DNA from: a virus
Lineage: Duplodnaviria; Caudoviricetes
Virus record (IMG/VR): IMGVR_UViG_3300022936_000013
Location: 1 to 43,199 of that record
Length of the DNA stretch: 43,199 bases
Strand: one strand, 5' to 3'
The translations under genes were made by a program, and so were the position numbers. The stretch's first letter is position 1; each line of letters starts with the position of its first letter. The notes under the pieces are model-generated. The model searched no databases and had not been told where the DNA came from. It saw only the letters and a list, made by a program, of their open reading frames with translations. Below, one piece after another: positions 21,210-29,551 of this stretch.

Positions 21210-21526
21210 ATGTCAAACTACGCATTAATTAAACAGGCAATTTTAGAAAAAAGAAGTGTAGACTGTTATTACAACAAATTTCTTAGAAAAATGTCTCCTC
21301 ATACTTTGGGTACAAGTAAAAGAGGAATACATCAAGCCTTATTTTATCAATATGGGAGACAATCCTCTAAGGGGTTGAGTCCAAATGCTGATGAAAACTG
21401 GCGATGTATTCCGATTGACAATATTACAGACTTAGTAATTAATGTGATGAATTTGTTACAGCAGATAATCATTCAAAATCTCAAACATGTGTAGATATTG
21501 TTGATTTTGAGGTTGAGTACTTTTGA
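21210..21526 (+). pseudogene. Stand-alone WYL-like protein, frameshifted near 21444
   Basis: QAILEKR...PHTLG...ALFYQ...NWRC. The family-like ending DEFVTADNHSKSQTCVDIVDFEVEYF* lies in another frame, consistent with a 1-nt deletion. Confidence 0.65.
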
Positions 21527-21738
21527 TTGTAGTCTTTCAGCATTTCTAACGTGCTTTCCGAATCTTGGGTATCTCCCCAAGACATCATTAATGCCATAAC
21601 ACCTGAATTTGCCCCTAAACTTGACAATATCTTACCAAATTCTATGGTAATTTGGTGATGGATTTCTGTGAATTTTTCTTCCATGTTTTTATTAAAATTT
21701 ACAATTTCTAATCCTACTTTTAAGTCTTTAGCTTCCAT
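21481..21738 (-). CDS. Hypothetical protein, possibly chimeric
   Basis: 85 aa behind a consensus promoter; its 3' end overlaps the WYL-like gene tail-to-tail. Confidence 0.6.
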   Translation of the reverse strand: MEAKDLKVGLEIVNFNKNMEEKFTEIHHQITIEFGKILSSLGANSGVMALMMSWGDTQDSESTLEMLKDYNQKYSTSKSTISTHV

Positions 21739-21750
21739 TTTCTTACTTGT

Positions 21751-21822
21751 TTAATGATTGATTGATAGGACAAATTTAATTTGTTTTTATTTCCTAAACA
21801 AGTATTATTTTGATTATTTTTT
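21751..21822 (-). promoter_or_regulatory. Consensus early promoter with conserved leader
   Basis: ACTTG-N20-TAAATTTG-TCCTATCAATCAATCA. Confidence 0.85.
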
Positions 21823-21984
21823 CAACTATTTTTTTACTCTGAAATTTTACTGATTTTTACCTGTTTTTGCTCGTTTTCTGCCCTTTTTCTTCCTCACTGA
21901 CTTTGTAATATATTTACAAGATTTAAGACCGAAATTACAACAATTTGACCCTGTTTTTACAAACTTTCTACCTATTATTACAAA

Positions 21985-22440
21985 CTATTTGTTGTCATAC
22001 GTCAATCTACAATAACCTAAATACGCTCTTTGACTATAAATTCTTAGAAATTTGTTCGTAATCTTTACTCTATCATGCTTTATTTTGTGGATTAATACTG
22101 CTTTTTTCACTACTATAACTGAATTGTCTACAATATGAATCAATCCTGCAAACTCTGGAATCTCGTTTTCTTTTATTAATCCCTCCTTGCATACATAATA
22201 GAAATAATTAGGAATCCATTTATTAATCAAATTGTTGAAATATAACCATTTACGTTTTTGTCCATCCTTTCTAAAATCTGATCTACTGATCTTTATTTCA
22301 TACTCTGCAACATATCCGCTTGCTAATATTGACAATACATCGCATTCGTGAGGAAATAAATGATTGACGTTCTCACAAGGAATATTATTTTTCAATATCT
22401 CTGTTTTGCATACTAATGCTTGAATTTCTTTTGTTGTCAT
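21985..22440 (-). CDS. MmcB-like PD-(D/E)XK nuclease-fold protein
   Basis: ECDVL...EYEIKISRSDFRKD...NYFYYV...EIPEFAGLI; ATGA-coupled start at 22440. Confidence 0.8.
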   Translation of the reverse strand: MTTKEIQALVCKTEILKNNIPCENVNHLFPHECDVLSILASGYVAEYEIKISRSDFRKDGQKRKWLYFNNLINKWIPNYFYYVCKEGLIKENEIPEFAGLIHIVDNSVIVVKKAVLIHKIKHDRVKITNKFLRIYSQRAYLGYCRLTYDNK

Positions 22441-22688
22441 TGGCTTATCCTTTTTAACATCTTTGCAAATTTCCAATCATTTATAATTGTTGCTGCTATT
22501 CTGTCTGCTCTGTTATATCCGTTTGTTATTGGCAAATATGCCTCCTGTTTGTAAAGATCAATGTTAGTCACTTCACATAACTTGTGCTTTCTACAAATGC
22601 ATTTACTCCACATCTGTTCTCCGTATTTATAATGACTTAATATCACTAAACCGTCTGATAGTTCCTTTACTAAATGATAATTATTCAT
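22437..22688 (-). CDS. Hypothetical protein
   Basis: 83-aa ORF. Confidence 0.65.
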   Translation of the reverse strand: MNNYHLVKELSDGLVILSHYKYGEQMWSKCICRKHKLCEVTNIDLYKQEAYLPITNGYNRADRIAATIINDWKFAKMLKRISQ

Positions 22689-22701
22689 ATTGTTCTAAAT
22701 T

Positions 22702-22725
22702 AAAAAGGCTTCCATTACAGAAGCC
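22702..22725 (-). terminator. Intrinsic terminator
   Basis: GGCTTC-N7-GAAGCC followed by T5. Confidence 0.65.
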
Positions 22726-22741
22726 CTCACGTTTTATAGAT

Positions 22742-23086
22742 TTAGTTTGTTGGCGGTTTAATATCTATTATCCTCCATGATTGCGGTATAGGCTTCTTAT
22801 TCAACAATAATACTGCTATGATACCTTTCTCTTGTTTTGGTTCGTAAACCTTCCTGTGTGGCTTTCCTGCCGTCGCTACTGCCGTTGTAGAATCTTTTAC
22901 CTCTACCATATTCTCTACTAATCCCTGTACTACTAATCCATCCTCCCAACGTTGCAACTTTGCTTTGTCTATTCTGTCAATATACCAGAATGTGCATTTT
23001 GCTGTATCTGCTTTAATAACTTTCTGTGCTGTTGCTGTTGCAATCATTGTTACTAATAATAGAATTACTATTCCTGCTGTTTTCAT
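22742..23086 (-). CDS. Secreted hypothetical protein
   Basis: Sec signal peptide MKTAGIVILLLVTMIATATA-Q; Gln at +1 is typical of Bacteroidota. Confidence 0.7.
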   Translation of the reverse strand: MKTAGIVILLLVTMIATATAQKVIKADTAKCTFWYIDRIDKAKLQRWEDGLVVQGLVENMVEVKDSTTAVATAGKPHRKVYEPKQEKGIIAVLLLNKKPIPQSWRIIDIKPPTN

Positions 23087-23316
23087 TTTGGATCTTTTTT
23101 TATTGTTCTGATTTGAAATATTTTTAATACTTTTTCCGTATTCAAATTAAACTCTTTGCAACGCTGATTGATTATCTCTATCTGCTCTGCTTCACACTGT
23201 ACACGCTTGCTTTGTTTTGTTTGCTTGTACTGCTTTAGATACTTTCTTTTTAATGCCTCTATCTCTACTCCTATGATGTTTAATTGATCCTGCTGTAGTT
23301 GTATTCTATTTTCCAT
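23083..23316 (-). CDS. Hypothetical protein
   Basis: 77-aa ORF with ATGA coupling. Confidence 0.65.
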   Translation of the reverse strand: MENRIQLQQDQLNIIGVEIEALKRKYLKQYKQTKQSKRVQCEAEQIEIINQRCKEFNLNTEKVLKIFQIRTIKKDPK

Positions 23317-23332
23317 CTTTCTTTATTGCTTC

Positions 23333-23875
23333 TTATAAATCCTCGTTTTTGACTGCTTTAAATTCCTTCAACTGTTCTTCTAAATCCATGTACCTAATAA
23401 AATCCATTACTTTTTTATATTTCTTGTCTGTACTGGATTTTACTTTTTGCTTCTGTACTGGCAAACTTTCTTGCCTTGCTAATCTATTTTCTAAACTGAA
23501 AATCTTGTCCTGCAACAACTTGTTTTCGTTGATGTGCTTACCTCTGTCTTTTAACCATTCTGCTTGCTTATCTACCTGTTTCTGCAATTCCTTGACCTTA
23601 TCAATACTTTCGTTCTGTACCGCTAATACTGCTACTGTGGAGACTTTAGCCATTTGCAAAGATTGTTCGTTGTCTTTCCTGCTTTGCTTCTGCAAATCCT
23701 TTATTTGCTCTACTAGATAACTTTGAGAATACAAATGTGTGTTCTTTAACTGTGTTTCAAAGAATCCGTAACACATATTGAAACCTCGTTGAAACTCATA
23801 TCCGTTTGCATTGAAAATCCTTTCTCCAACTTTTTTGACATTTTCTAATAATTCGCTGATTGTTAATATTGCCAT
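23333..23875 (-). CDS. Hypothetical coiled-coil protein
   Basis: 180-aa ORF. Confidence 0.7.
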   Translation of the reverse strand: MAILTISELLENVKKVGERIFNANGYEFQRGFNMCYGFFETQLKNTHLYSQSYLVEQIKDLQKQSRKDNEQSLQMAKVSTVAVLAVQNESIDKVKELQKQVDKQAEWLKDRGKHINENKLLQDKIFSLENRLARQESLPVQKQKVKSSTDKKYKKVMDFIRYMDLEEQLKEFKAVKNEDL

Positions 23876-23877
23876 GA

Positions 23878-23913
23878 TAAAATAAAGGGTAGCCTAATAT
23901 ATCTACCCTTATT
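23878..23913 (-). terminator. Hairpin/terminator
   Basis: AAGGGTAG-N10-CTACCCTT with AT-rich flanks. Confidence 0.6.
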
Positions 23914-23932
23914 TGATTTTGATTCGTAATGA

Positions 23933-24142
23933 TTATCGGTAATATTCTGGCGTTTGCTCCACCCAATCTAAACCTGTTTCAACTGGTGGCAACTCTATAT
24001 CGCTTCTCTCTTCTATTTCACAATCACTATATCTGCTATCTTGTGAAGGATAACCGCAACGCTCGCAAATACCCTGTGCAATCTCGTTGATGCTCCAATA
24101 CTCTAAACATTGGGGGCATCTTGCTACTGTTCCTGTCTGCAT
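23933..24142 (-). CDS. Small zinc-ribbon protein
   Basis: CPQC...CERCG. Confidence 0.65.
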   Translation of the reverse strand: MQTGTVARCPQCLEYWSINEIAQGICERCGYPSQDSRYSDCEIEERSDIELPPVETGLDWVEQTPEYYR

Positions 24143-24146
24143 TTTC

Positions 24147-24401
24147 TTAGATTATTATTTCTTTAAAATCTTCTGGAATCACTGGTTTTTCAACCAAATA
24201 AATATTAATATTTCCGTATCCAGTGACACAAAGACGATTAGAGAAAGTTAGCTTTGTGATCTTTCTATTTATTCGCACTTTATTACTCAATAAAGCAATA
24301 TTAGGTGTTATTTTAATTATCTTAATAACTCTTACAGTCTTACAGAAACGATCAAAATCATAAACTAAATCGTTTAAATTTACCATGTCTCCTGCTTTCA
24401 T
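24147..24401 (-). CDS. Hypothetical protein
   Basis: 84-aa ORF. Confidence 0.65.
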   Translation of the reverse strand: MKAGDMVNLNDLVYDFDRFCKTVRVIKIIKITPNIALLSNKVRINRKITKLTFSNRLCVTGYGNINIYLVEKPVIPEDFKEIII

Positions 24402-24745
24402 TTTCGTTTAGGTAAAGTATCTCTAAATTTCTTATGTTGCTTGCCGAATACCTGTATTTCTCTTACGTTGCTATAATACAACATTTTTATTCTTAATCCA
24501 ACATTATTACCTTCCCCTAATTGATTGTGCAACCACCCTATACAATAATCTTCTTCACCATCCTTTGATTCATGGCAAGCCATTGCTTTTAATGTGCCTC
24601 CAAATTGCTGATTCTTTGCTATTGTACATTCTAATTTTTCGTGCTTTTCTACATCGTAATTGTTCGGAATCTCGTACGGGTCTGTACTGACTTTCCACGG
24701 GCATTTGGCACACTGCTTTGTTCTATTTAATTCTTTCTTTTCCAT
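24398..24745 (-). CDS. Cys/His metal-binding protein (DUF6283-like)
   Basis: CAKCPW...MACH...CIGWL; start MEKKEL. Confidence 0.7.
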   Translation of the reverse strand: MEKKELNRTKQCAKCPWKVSTDPYEIPNNYDVEKHEKLECTIAKNQQFGGTLKAMACHESKDGEEDYCIGWLHNQLGEGNNVGLRIKMLYYSNVREIQVFGKQHKKFRDTLPKRK

Positions 24746-25212
24746 TAATAATTTATACTTTGATCCCAACAAATGATTTGACCTGTAAAACCTTTGAAAT
24801 TCTTTTTATCTAATCCAAACCAACTTACAAAATCATTGTAAGATAAACCGTCATTCCTGTGTACAAACAATTCACTTCTAATTATATCATTGATGTAGAC
24901 GTTTTTTGTTTCTTTCATTATATCAAATGTGAAAACTTTCTTCACCTCTACTTCTCTTATTACCTGCTGTGGACTGCAATACGGTTTGCCTGTCCAAATC
25001 TTTATTATTGCTATGTCGCCTGCATTCCATCTATCCCCGCTTCTAATTGTATGCCCTTTTGACCAAACTTTCTTGCCGTACAATGTTTCTAATCCTAATC
25101 TGGTCCCGCTATCACCTAAGCAATAATCTATTTTTTCTAAGAATAATGTTTCTTCTCCTGCTCTTATATGATCCTTCAAAAAGAACTTACTAACCATTAA
25201 TACACGTTTCAT
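24745..25212 (-). CDS. ASCH/PUA-like protein
   Basis: KGHTIR...WNAGD...WTGKPY...NDGLS...FVSWF. Confidence 0.65.
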   Translation of the reverse strand: MKRVLMVSKFFLKDHIRAGEETLFLEKIDYCLGDSGTRLGLETLYGKKVWSKGHTIRSGDRWNAGDIAIIKIWTGKPYCSPQQVIREVEVKKVFTFDIMKETKNVYINDIIRSELFVHRNDGLSYNDFVSWFGLDKKNFKGFTGQIICWDQSINY

Positions 25213-25514
25213 TCTAATAGGTAATTATAAGGTTGAATTTCAATCTTTGGATTCTTATACGCTCCTGACAACAATACTCTTTTGACCTCGAAATAACAAT
25301 CAGAAAGATTCTCGTTTTTGTCTATTGACACCATTGTTCTATACTGTTCAAATTTTTTATTTTTCCTTATCTGGAATAATAATGCATCTGTATTTGATTG
25401 CTCTAATTTGATCATATCCCCTACACGTGGAACGATTGGCAATACTATTGTTAGTACTACTTTAGGATCAAAATCATTTTGCTTTGATGTCAGATGTATA
25501 TCTACTAGATTCAT
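25209..25514 (-). CDS. Hypothetical protein
   Basis: 101 aa with a VPRVGD motif. Confidence 0.7.
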   Translation of the reverse strand: MNLVDIHLTSKQNDFDPKVVLTIVLPIVPRVGDMIKLEQSNTDALLFQIRKNKKFEQYRTMVSIDKNENLSDCYFEVKRVLLSGAYKNPKIEIQPYNYLLE

Positions 25515-25518
25515 ATAT

Positions 25519-25713
25519 TTATACTTTATTTGGAATTACATATTCACCACCTTCAACACTCATTAAATGACCAAAATTTGCTGTTAAATGATATTCAAAC
25601 GCATCTGTTAAATGACTTCTATAAGCCTTTTTTTCAATTGCCCGCCAAACTCCATCCGCACACTCTATATAAACGGTTGTATTTTTGTCAATCCACTGCT
25701 TTTTGAAAATCAT
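25519..25713 (-). CDS. Hypothetical protein
   Basis: 64-aa ORF. Confidence 0.6.
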   Translation of the reverse strand: MIFKKQWIDKNTTVYIECADGVWRAIEKKAYRSHLTDAFEYHLTANFGHLMSVEGGEYVIPNKV

Positions 25714-25725
25714 TTGAATTGTATT

Positions 25726-25989
25726 TTACTTGTCGTTAGGATTAAATTCTGACTGTACTTCTCCTTTCCAAGAAACTTTTTGATGAAAAGGCTTTAACTT
25801 TTCCATTAAATCATTCATTGATTTTTCTCGTAAAAACTCCTTAATTAATTGATTATCCTTTTTTACCTGCTTAATAGTTTCCCACATAGTAAGAGACATT
25901 AAAATAGCAGCTAATAAGAAACCGACTATAAAAGAACAAATGATTAAAAATATTATTTGTCCACTAGGATATATAATTAAATCATTCAT
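25726..25989 (-). CDS. Small membrane protein
   Basis: One N-terminal TM helix. Confidence 0.65.
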   Translation of the reverse strand: MNDLIIYPSGQIIFLIICSFIVGFLLAAILMSLTMWETIKQVKKDNQLIKEFLREKSMNDLMEKLKPFHQKVSWKGEVQSEFNPNDK

Positions 25990-25994
25990 AACAG

Positions 25995-26711
25995 TTAGAA
26001 ATTTAATTTTATTGTGAACTCGTTGTTTTCTCGCTTTGCAGAATGCACCATGCTAGGATACATTTTGATTAATTTAATGATTGCCTTTCTCTCTAACTCT
26101 ATCGTCCTGTAATCCCTGCAACCTCCTTCCGTACTCCAATGCTCGTTTTCCCAATGCAAATACCTTATTGCTAATATTCCGCCTTTGTCTTGTATGTGAC
26201 GCAAACATATTTCGTAATCTTCTTTTACTCTGAAACTTTCATCAAAATAATATTCTCCGTCGTTGATAATACCCATGCAATTTGCTGTTACATAACTTTG
26301 AAAATTGATAGGCTTGTACGGGTATGTGCTACGTGTAGAACTTTCAGTTTTTAACCCCCAAATCTTGTAATTTAATTGCTCTGTCAGATCAAACAATTTT
26401 TGAAATTCTTCTAACCAAAAATCTTGATCTTTGATTTGAACCATATTTGTACAATTCGCCTGTAATACCCTGTATCCGCAACTTTTTAAATCATCATCAA
26501 CAAATACTACTCGTTGATCCTTTGACTGCTTTAGAATCCAATTTCTTGTACTTGTAATACCTTGTATCTCTTTAGGAACGCCTACAATATTTTTTACTTG
26601 TCCTTCATACTGGATAACTTCTGTTTCGGGAACAAAAAACGTTGCATCCTTCAAAACCTCTTGGCTCTTTGTCCGTCCTGCTCTGTTCTTACTTGGTATC
26701 GCTATCAGCAT
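25995..26711 (-). CDS. TET-associated-type (TAGT/GREB1-like) GT-A glycosyltransferase
   Basis: IAIPSKNRA, TRNWIL, FVDDD, KEDYE and terminal EGGC motifs. Confidence 0.8.
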   Translation of the reverse strand: MLIAIPSKNRAGRTKSQEVLKDATFFVPETEVIQYEGQVKNIVGVPKEIQGITSTRNWILKQSKDQRVVFVDDDLKSCGYRVLQANCTNMVQIKDQDFWLEEFQKLFDLTEQLNYKIWGLKTESSTRSTYPYKPINFQSYVTANCMGIINDGEYYFDESFRVKEDYEICLRHIQDKGGILAIRYLHWENEHWSTEGGCRDYRTIELERKAIIKLIKMYPSMVHSAKRENNEFTIKLNF

Positions 26712-27342
26712 TTTTCTTGATCCGTTTTTGTAATTCTCTGAAACCTATTACTCTTTCTATGCCTACCGCATCAAAACTGCTTCCTTCCTTATATCCTCCT
26801 CTGCGTACTAATCCTAATTTTAGAAACTCTTTCATTTCTTCCCATTCCTGCGAATTAGGTTCAGCCATAATCAAGACATATTCCATTGGCGGTGCTAACT
26901 GTGCTGATTGCTTGACTGGAATTACTTCCTTGTCTGCTGCCTTGTTTATCTTATCTTCAATAACCTGCCCCCAATCTTCGATTTGATAATCTAAAACTAT
27001 TTGCTCTAATACTTCTATGTCAACACTAAAATTCGCTTCACCTACTAAATTATCAGCCACTGCCATATCGTAAAACTCCTTTGTTCCGCTTTTAATATCT
27101 GTTCTTTTCACTACCACCAACGTAGTGCCGTCCGTCTCTACCTCTATTACTTTTTCTATCCCTAACTCCTCTGCCTTCTGCTGTGTTTTGTTGCCTGCAA
27201 TGATAACACCGTCGTTTGAAACCAATATAGACCTTCCCAAACCATTTAATTCTATTGACTTCTCTAACAGTTCGTTGCCTGCTACCGTACCTTTGTTGTG
27301 ATTTTTGGGATCACGCAAATATTTTATTTTCTTTATTCCCAT
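26689..27342 (-). CDS. ParB/sulfiredoxin-like N-terminal domain protein
   Basis: DPKNHNKG...SIELNGLGRSILV...IIAGNKT...ADN. Confidence 0.8.
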   Translation of the reverse strand: MGIKKIKYLRDPKNHNKGTVAGNELLEKSIELNGLGRSILVSNDGVIIAGNKTQQKAEELGIEKVIEVETDGTTLVVVKRTDIKSGTKEFYDMAVADNLVGEANFSVDIEVLEQIVLDYQIEDWGQVIEDKINKAADKEVIPVKQSAQLAPPMEYVLIMAEPNSQEWEEMKEFLKLGLVRRGGYKEGSSFDAVGIERVIGFRELQKRIKKNADSDTK

Positions 27343-27356
27343 TGTCTTTTTGAATA

Positions 27357-27384
27357 AGTGGATCGAACCTAACTTCGATCCACT
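27357..27384 (-). terminator. Strong hairpin (terminator or processing site)
   Basis: Perfect 11-bp stem AGTGGATCGAA/TTCGATCCACT; weak U-tract. Confidence 0.6.
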
Positions 27385-27400
27385 ATTTTAACCAGATTTT

Positions 27401-27565
27401 TTACGCTTCTTGCTCTTCTAACACCTCTTTTTCTTCTGCTTCTTCTTCACCTTCTTTTTGCTCTAGTTCCTCTGAACTGGCAGGGGCTTTCGGTGCGTCT
27501 TTTACATCTGTTTCAACGGGACTTCCTGCCCCTTCTGTACCTAAATCAAAATGGATCTTTTTCAT
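27401..27565 (-). CDS. 54-aa highly acidic protein (below track cutoff)
   Basis: MKKIHFDLGTEGAGSPVETDVKDAPKAPASSEELEQKEGEEEAEEKEVLEEQEA*; fills an intergenic gap and is followed by a hairpin. Confidence 0.75.
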   Translation of the reverse strand: MKKIHFDLGTEGAGSPVETDVKDAPKAPASSEELEQKEGEEEAEEKEVLEEQEA

Positions 27566-27621
27566 TTGTGAAATTTGTTTTGAGATTAAAAAAAAATATG
27601 TTTTGCTAAATTAAGCCTTAC

Positions 27622-27906
27622 TTAGTTGGGCTTTTCCTCAATTTGAGTTGCCGTAAAAAACGTTACTAATTTACTTACCGTGTCAGTTTGTTTGTTAACT
27701 GCTTCTACTAATTCTGTCAACTTAGAATCATTAGATTTGCCGTACAACTCACGATCCTTTTGCTCTCTAATTGCAAATCTTGCTTGGTGTTTACAATCAT
27801 CTGCTAGTTTTTCTTCAACGCTTGCAAAACCGTTTTGTTCTGCTATTTGCTGTAATGCTTTTAACTGTTCGTCTGATACTTGGATTGTAACTGAAATTGT
27901 TTGCAT
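27622..27906 (-). CDS. Hypothetical protein, possible ribbon-helix-helix N-terminus
   Basis: ISVTIQVSDEQLKALQQIAEQNG pattern. Confidence 0.6.
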   Translation of the reverse strand: MQTISVTIQVSDEQLKALQQIAEQNGFASVEEKLADDCKHQARFAIREQKDRELYGKSNDSKLTELVEAVNKQTDTVSKLVTFFTATQIEEKPN

Positions 27907-27933
27907 GATATATAAATTTAAAATTAAAAATCC

Positions 27934-28608
27934 CTATGATAATAACAATGTTTTCATTGTTCCACTTGCCAAACTGTCGCTAATCACTTTTTCATCCTGA
28001 TTTATAAAATTAAAAAGAAATTCGCTTGCTTTTCTTATTTGCTCTGCTACTACTTCCAATGTTTTTAATGATTCTTCATTAAAAGGAATCAATTTCCATT
28101 TTTTGTCTATATCGCAACCACCATCTTCGTAATAAACCTCTGGCTCATATTTGACTATATCATCAAACATACCTTTAAGGTCTTTTCCCTTAGTAGCTTT
28201 GTGATATTTAACCACCGTATCTACTGTCTCTTTTATTACTACTTCAAAGGTAAATCCTAGTTTATCATACAATCTATCAGAACCCCGCGATTCAAAGTTA
28301 AAAATAGAGGCATTATGATTGAATAATGTACCACCGTCTTTTTTGTATGAATACATTCCACCGCTAGCGTATCTAATAGCAATCAATAATTCTTTTGTTG
28401 TTAACGCATTACGATACTTTTCCAATACGTCGTTGAATTTTCTTTTTACTTCTTCCAAACTATACCCGTCTACCCACAAATGAACCTGTAATTTTTGCAC
28501 TATAATTCTAGGCAATCCTACCCTAAACTCTCCTTTACTGTTACATATAATATCCTCGCTATATCTTTTACCATCAAGAATAAACTCAATTTTTGATATT
28601 TTCGCCAT
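27934..28608 (-). CDS. Hypothetical protein
   Basis: 224-aa ORF. Confidence 0.75.
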   Translation of the reverse strand: MAKISKIEFILDGKRYSEDIICNSKGEFRVGLPRIIVQKLQVHLWVDGYSLEEVKRKFNDVLEKYRNALTTKELLIAIRYASGGMYSYKKDGGTLFNHNASIFNFESRGSDRLYDKLGFTFEVVIKETVDTVVKYHKATKGKDLKGMFDDIVKYEPEVYYEDGGCDIDKKWKLIPFNEESLKTLEVVAEQIRKASEFLFNFINQDEKVISDSLASGTMKTLLLS

Positions 28609-28627
28609 TTGTTTTATAAATTATAAA

Positions 28628-28846
28628 TTACTTTTTTTGCCAACTTTCTAAATCTGCTACTGATTGCAATTCTACTATATTTGTGATCATTACACCTCTA
28701 GGATTTGAATATTTATCCTTGTTCTGCTTCTCTAAATAATTTATTAACCACTCCTGTTCTGGATAATGATCAATAGTAAAAGAAATATTGCCGTAATGAA
28801 TATCATTAAGATTTTGAAACAGATAAAAAACTATAAATTGCCTCAT
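28628..28846 (-). CDS. Hypothetical protein
   Basis: 72-aa ORF. Confidence 0.65.
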   Translation of the reverse strand: MRQFIVFYLFQNLNDIHYGNISFTIDHYPEQEWLINYLEKQNKDKYSNPRGVMITNIVELQSVADLESWQKK

Positions 28847-28847
28847 A

Positions 28848-29228
28848 TTATTCTTTGCTTTTTTCTTCTAACCAATCAAACATTTTATTTGCCGATACTA
28901 TTAATTGTTGCTCTGTTATTTTACCGCTTGCAACCAAATCCGTACTTGATCGCAACGCTGCCCTTGCATTCTCTGCTTTTTCATTCTTCTTTACAAATCC
29001 TGCACCGCCTCCCGCCTTCTTTGGTGTACTGATCTTAATTGATCCGTTATATTCTGGATTTGCATTTGCTTTGTACTCGTATTCTATTTCATCCCCTACT
29101 TTGAAGTCAGGCGGATTCTTAGAAAATATATCTCCCTTTACTCCGTTCTCTAATTCCATTACGAAAATACTGTTTCCGTTGGGAATCTCTCTTTTAAATA
29201 CGAATGATTTAATTTTTGACTTTTCCAT
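28848..29228 (-). CDS. Putative OB-fold ssDNA-binding protein
   Basis: Beta-rich N-terminus (FKVGDEIEYEY), Gly linker and helical C-terminus; near the exonuclease gene. Confidence 0.55.
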   Translation of the reverse strand: MEKSKIKSFVFKREIPNGNSIFVMELENGVKGDIFSKNPPDFKVGDEIEYEYKANANPEYNGSIKISTPKKAGGGAGFVKKNEKAENARAALRSSTDLVASGKITEQQLIVSANKMFDWLEEKSKE

Positions 29229-29536
29229 TAATCTAAAAGTTTAATTCCCCTGTCTTTTGCACCTAATTTTATTCCTTCTATCGCTTCATCTATTGCTTTT
29301 CCAATGTCATAATGACAAACATAACCGCTACTAACTGTATTGAAAGGGTAGTATAAAATTTCTATAACCGTATCCGTTTCAATCATTTTCTTTATTACAT
29401 CTTCGCCAGTATCCGCAAACTCTGATTTGTGTTCTTCTATGTATTGTTCTGCTGTCTGTCCATTGTCTCTATGTAAGCCAGAATGAATAGCTAGTTCGTG
29501 CCTACAGTTTCTTATTAACCATTGTAATTTTTCCAT
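29228..29536 (-). CDS. Hypothetical protein
   Basis: Start MEKLQW at 29536; the track's GTG start lies inside the tRNA-like element. Confidence 0.7.
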   Translation of the reverse strand: MEKLQWLIRNCRHELAIHSGLHRDNGQTAEQYIEEHKSEFADTGEDVIKKMIETDTVIEILYYPFNTVSSGYVCHYDIGKAIDEAIEGIKLGAKDRGIKLLD

Positions 29537-29551
29537 GCTTCTTTTAGTTTG

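Noticed and set aside
21849-21987. 45 open codons after the TAG of the MmcB-like gene, hinting at amber read-through or recoding
   Set aside because: Genes tile fully under the standard code, other TAG stops sit at clear gene ends, and the extension has no recognisable motif.
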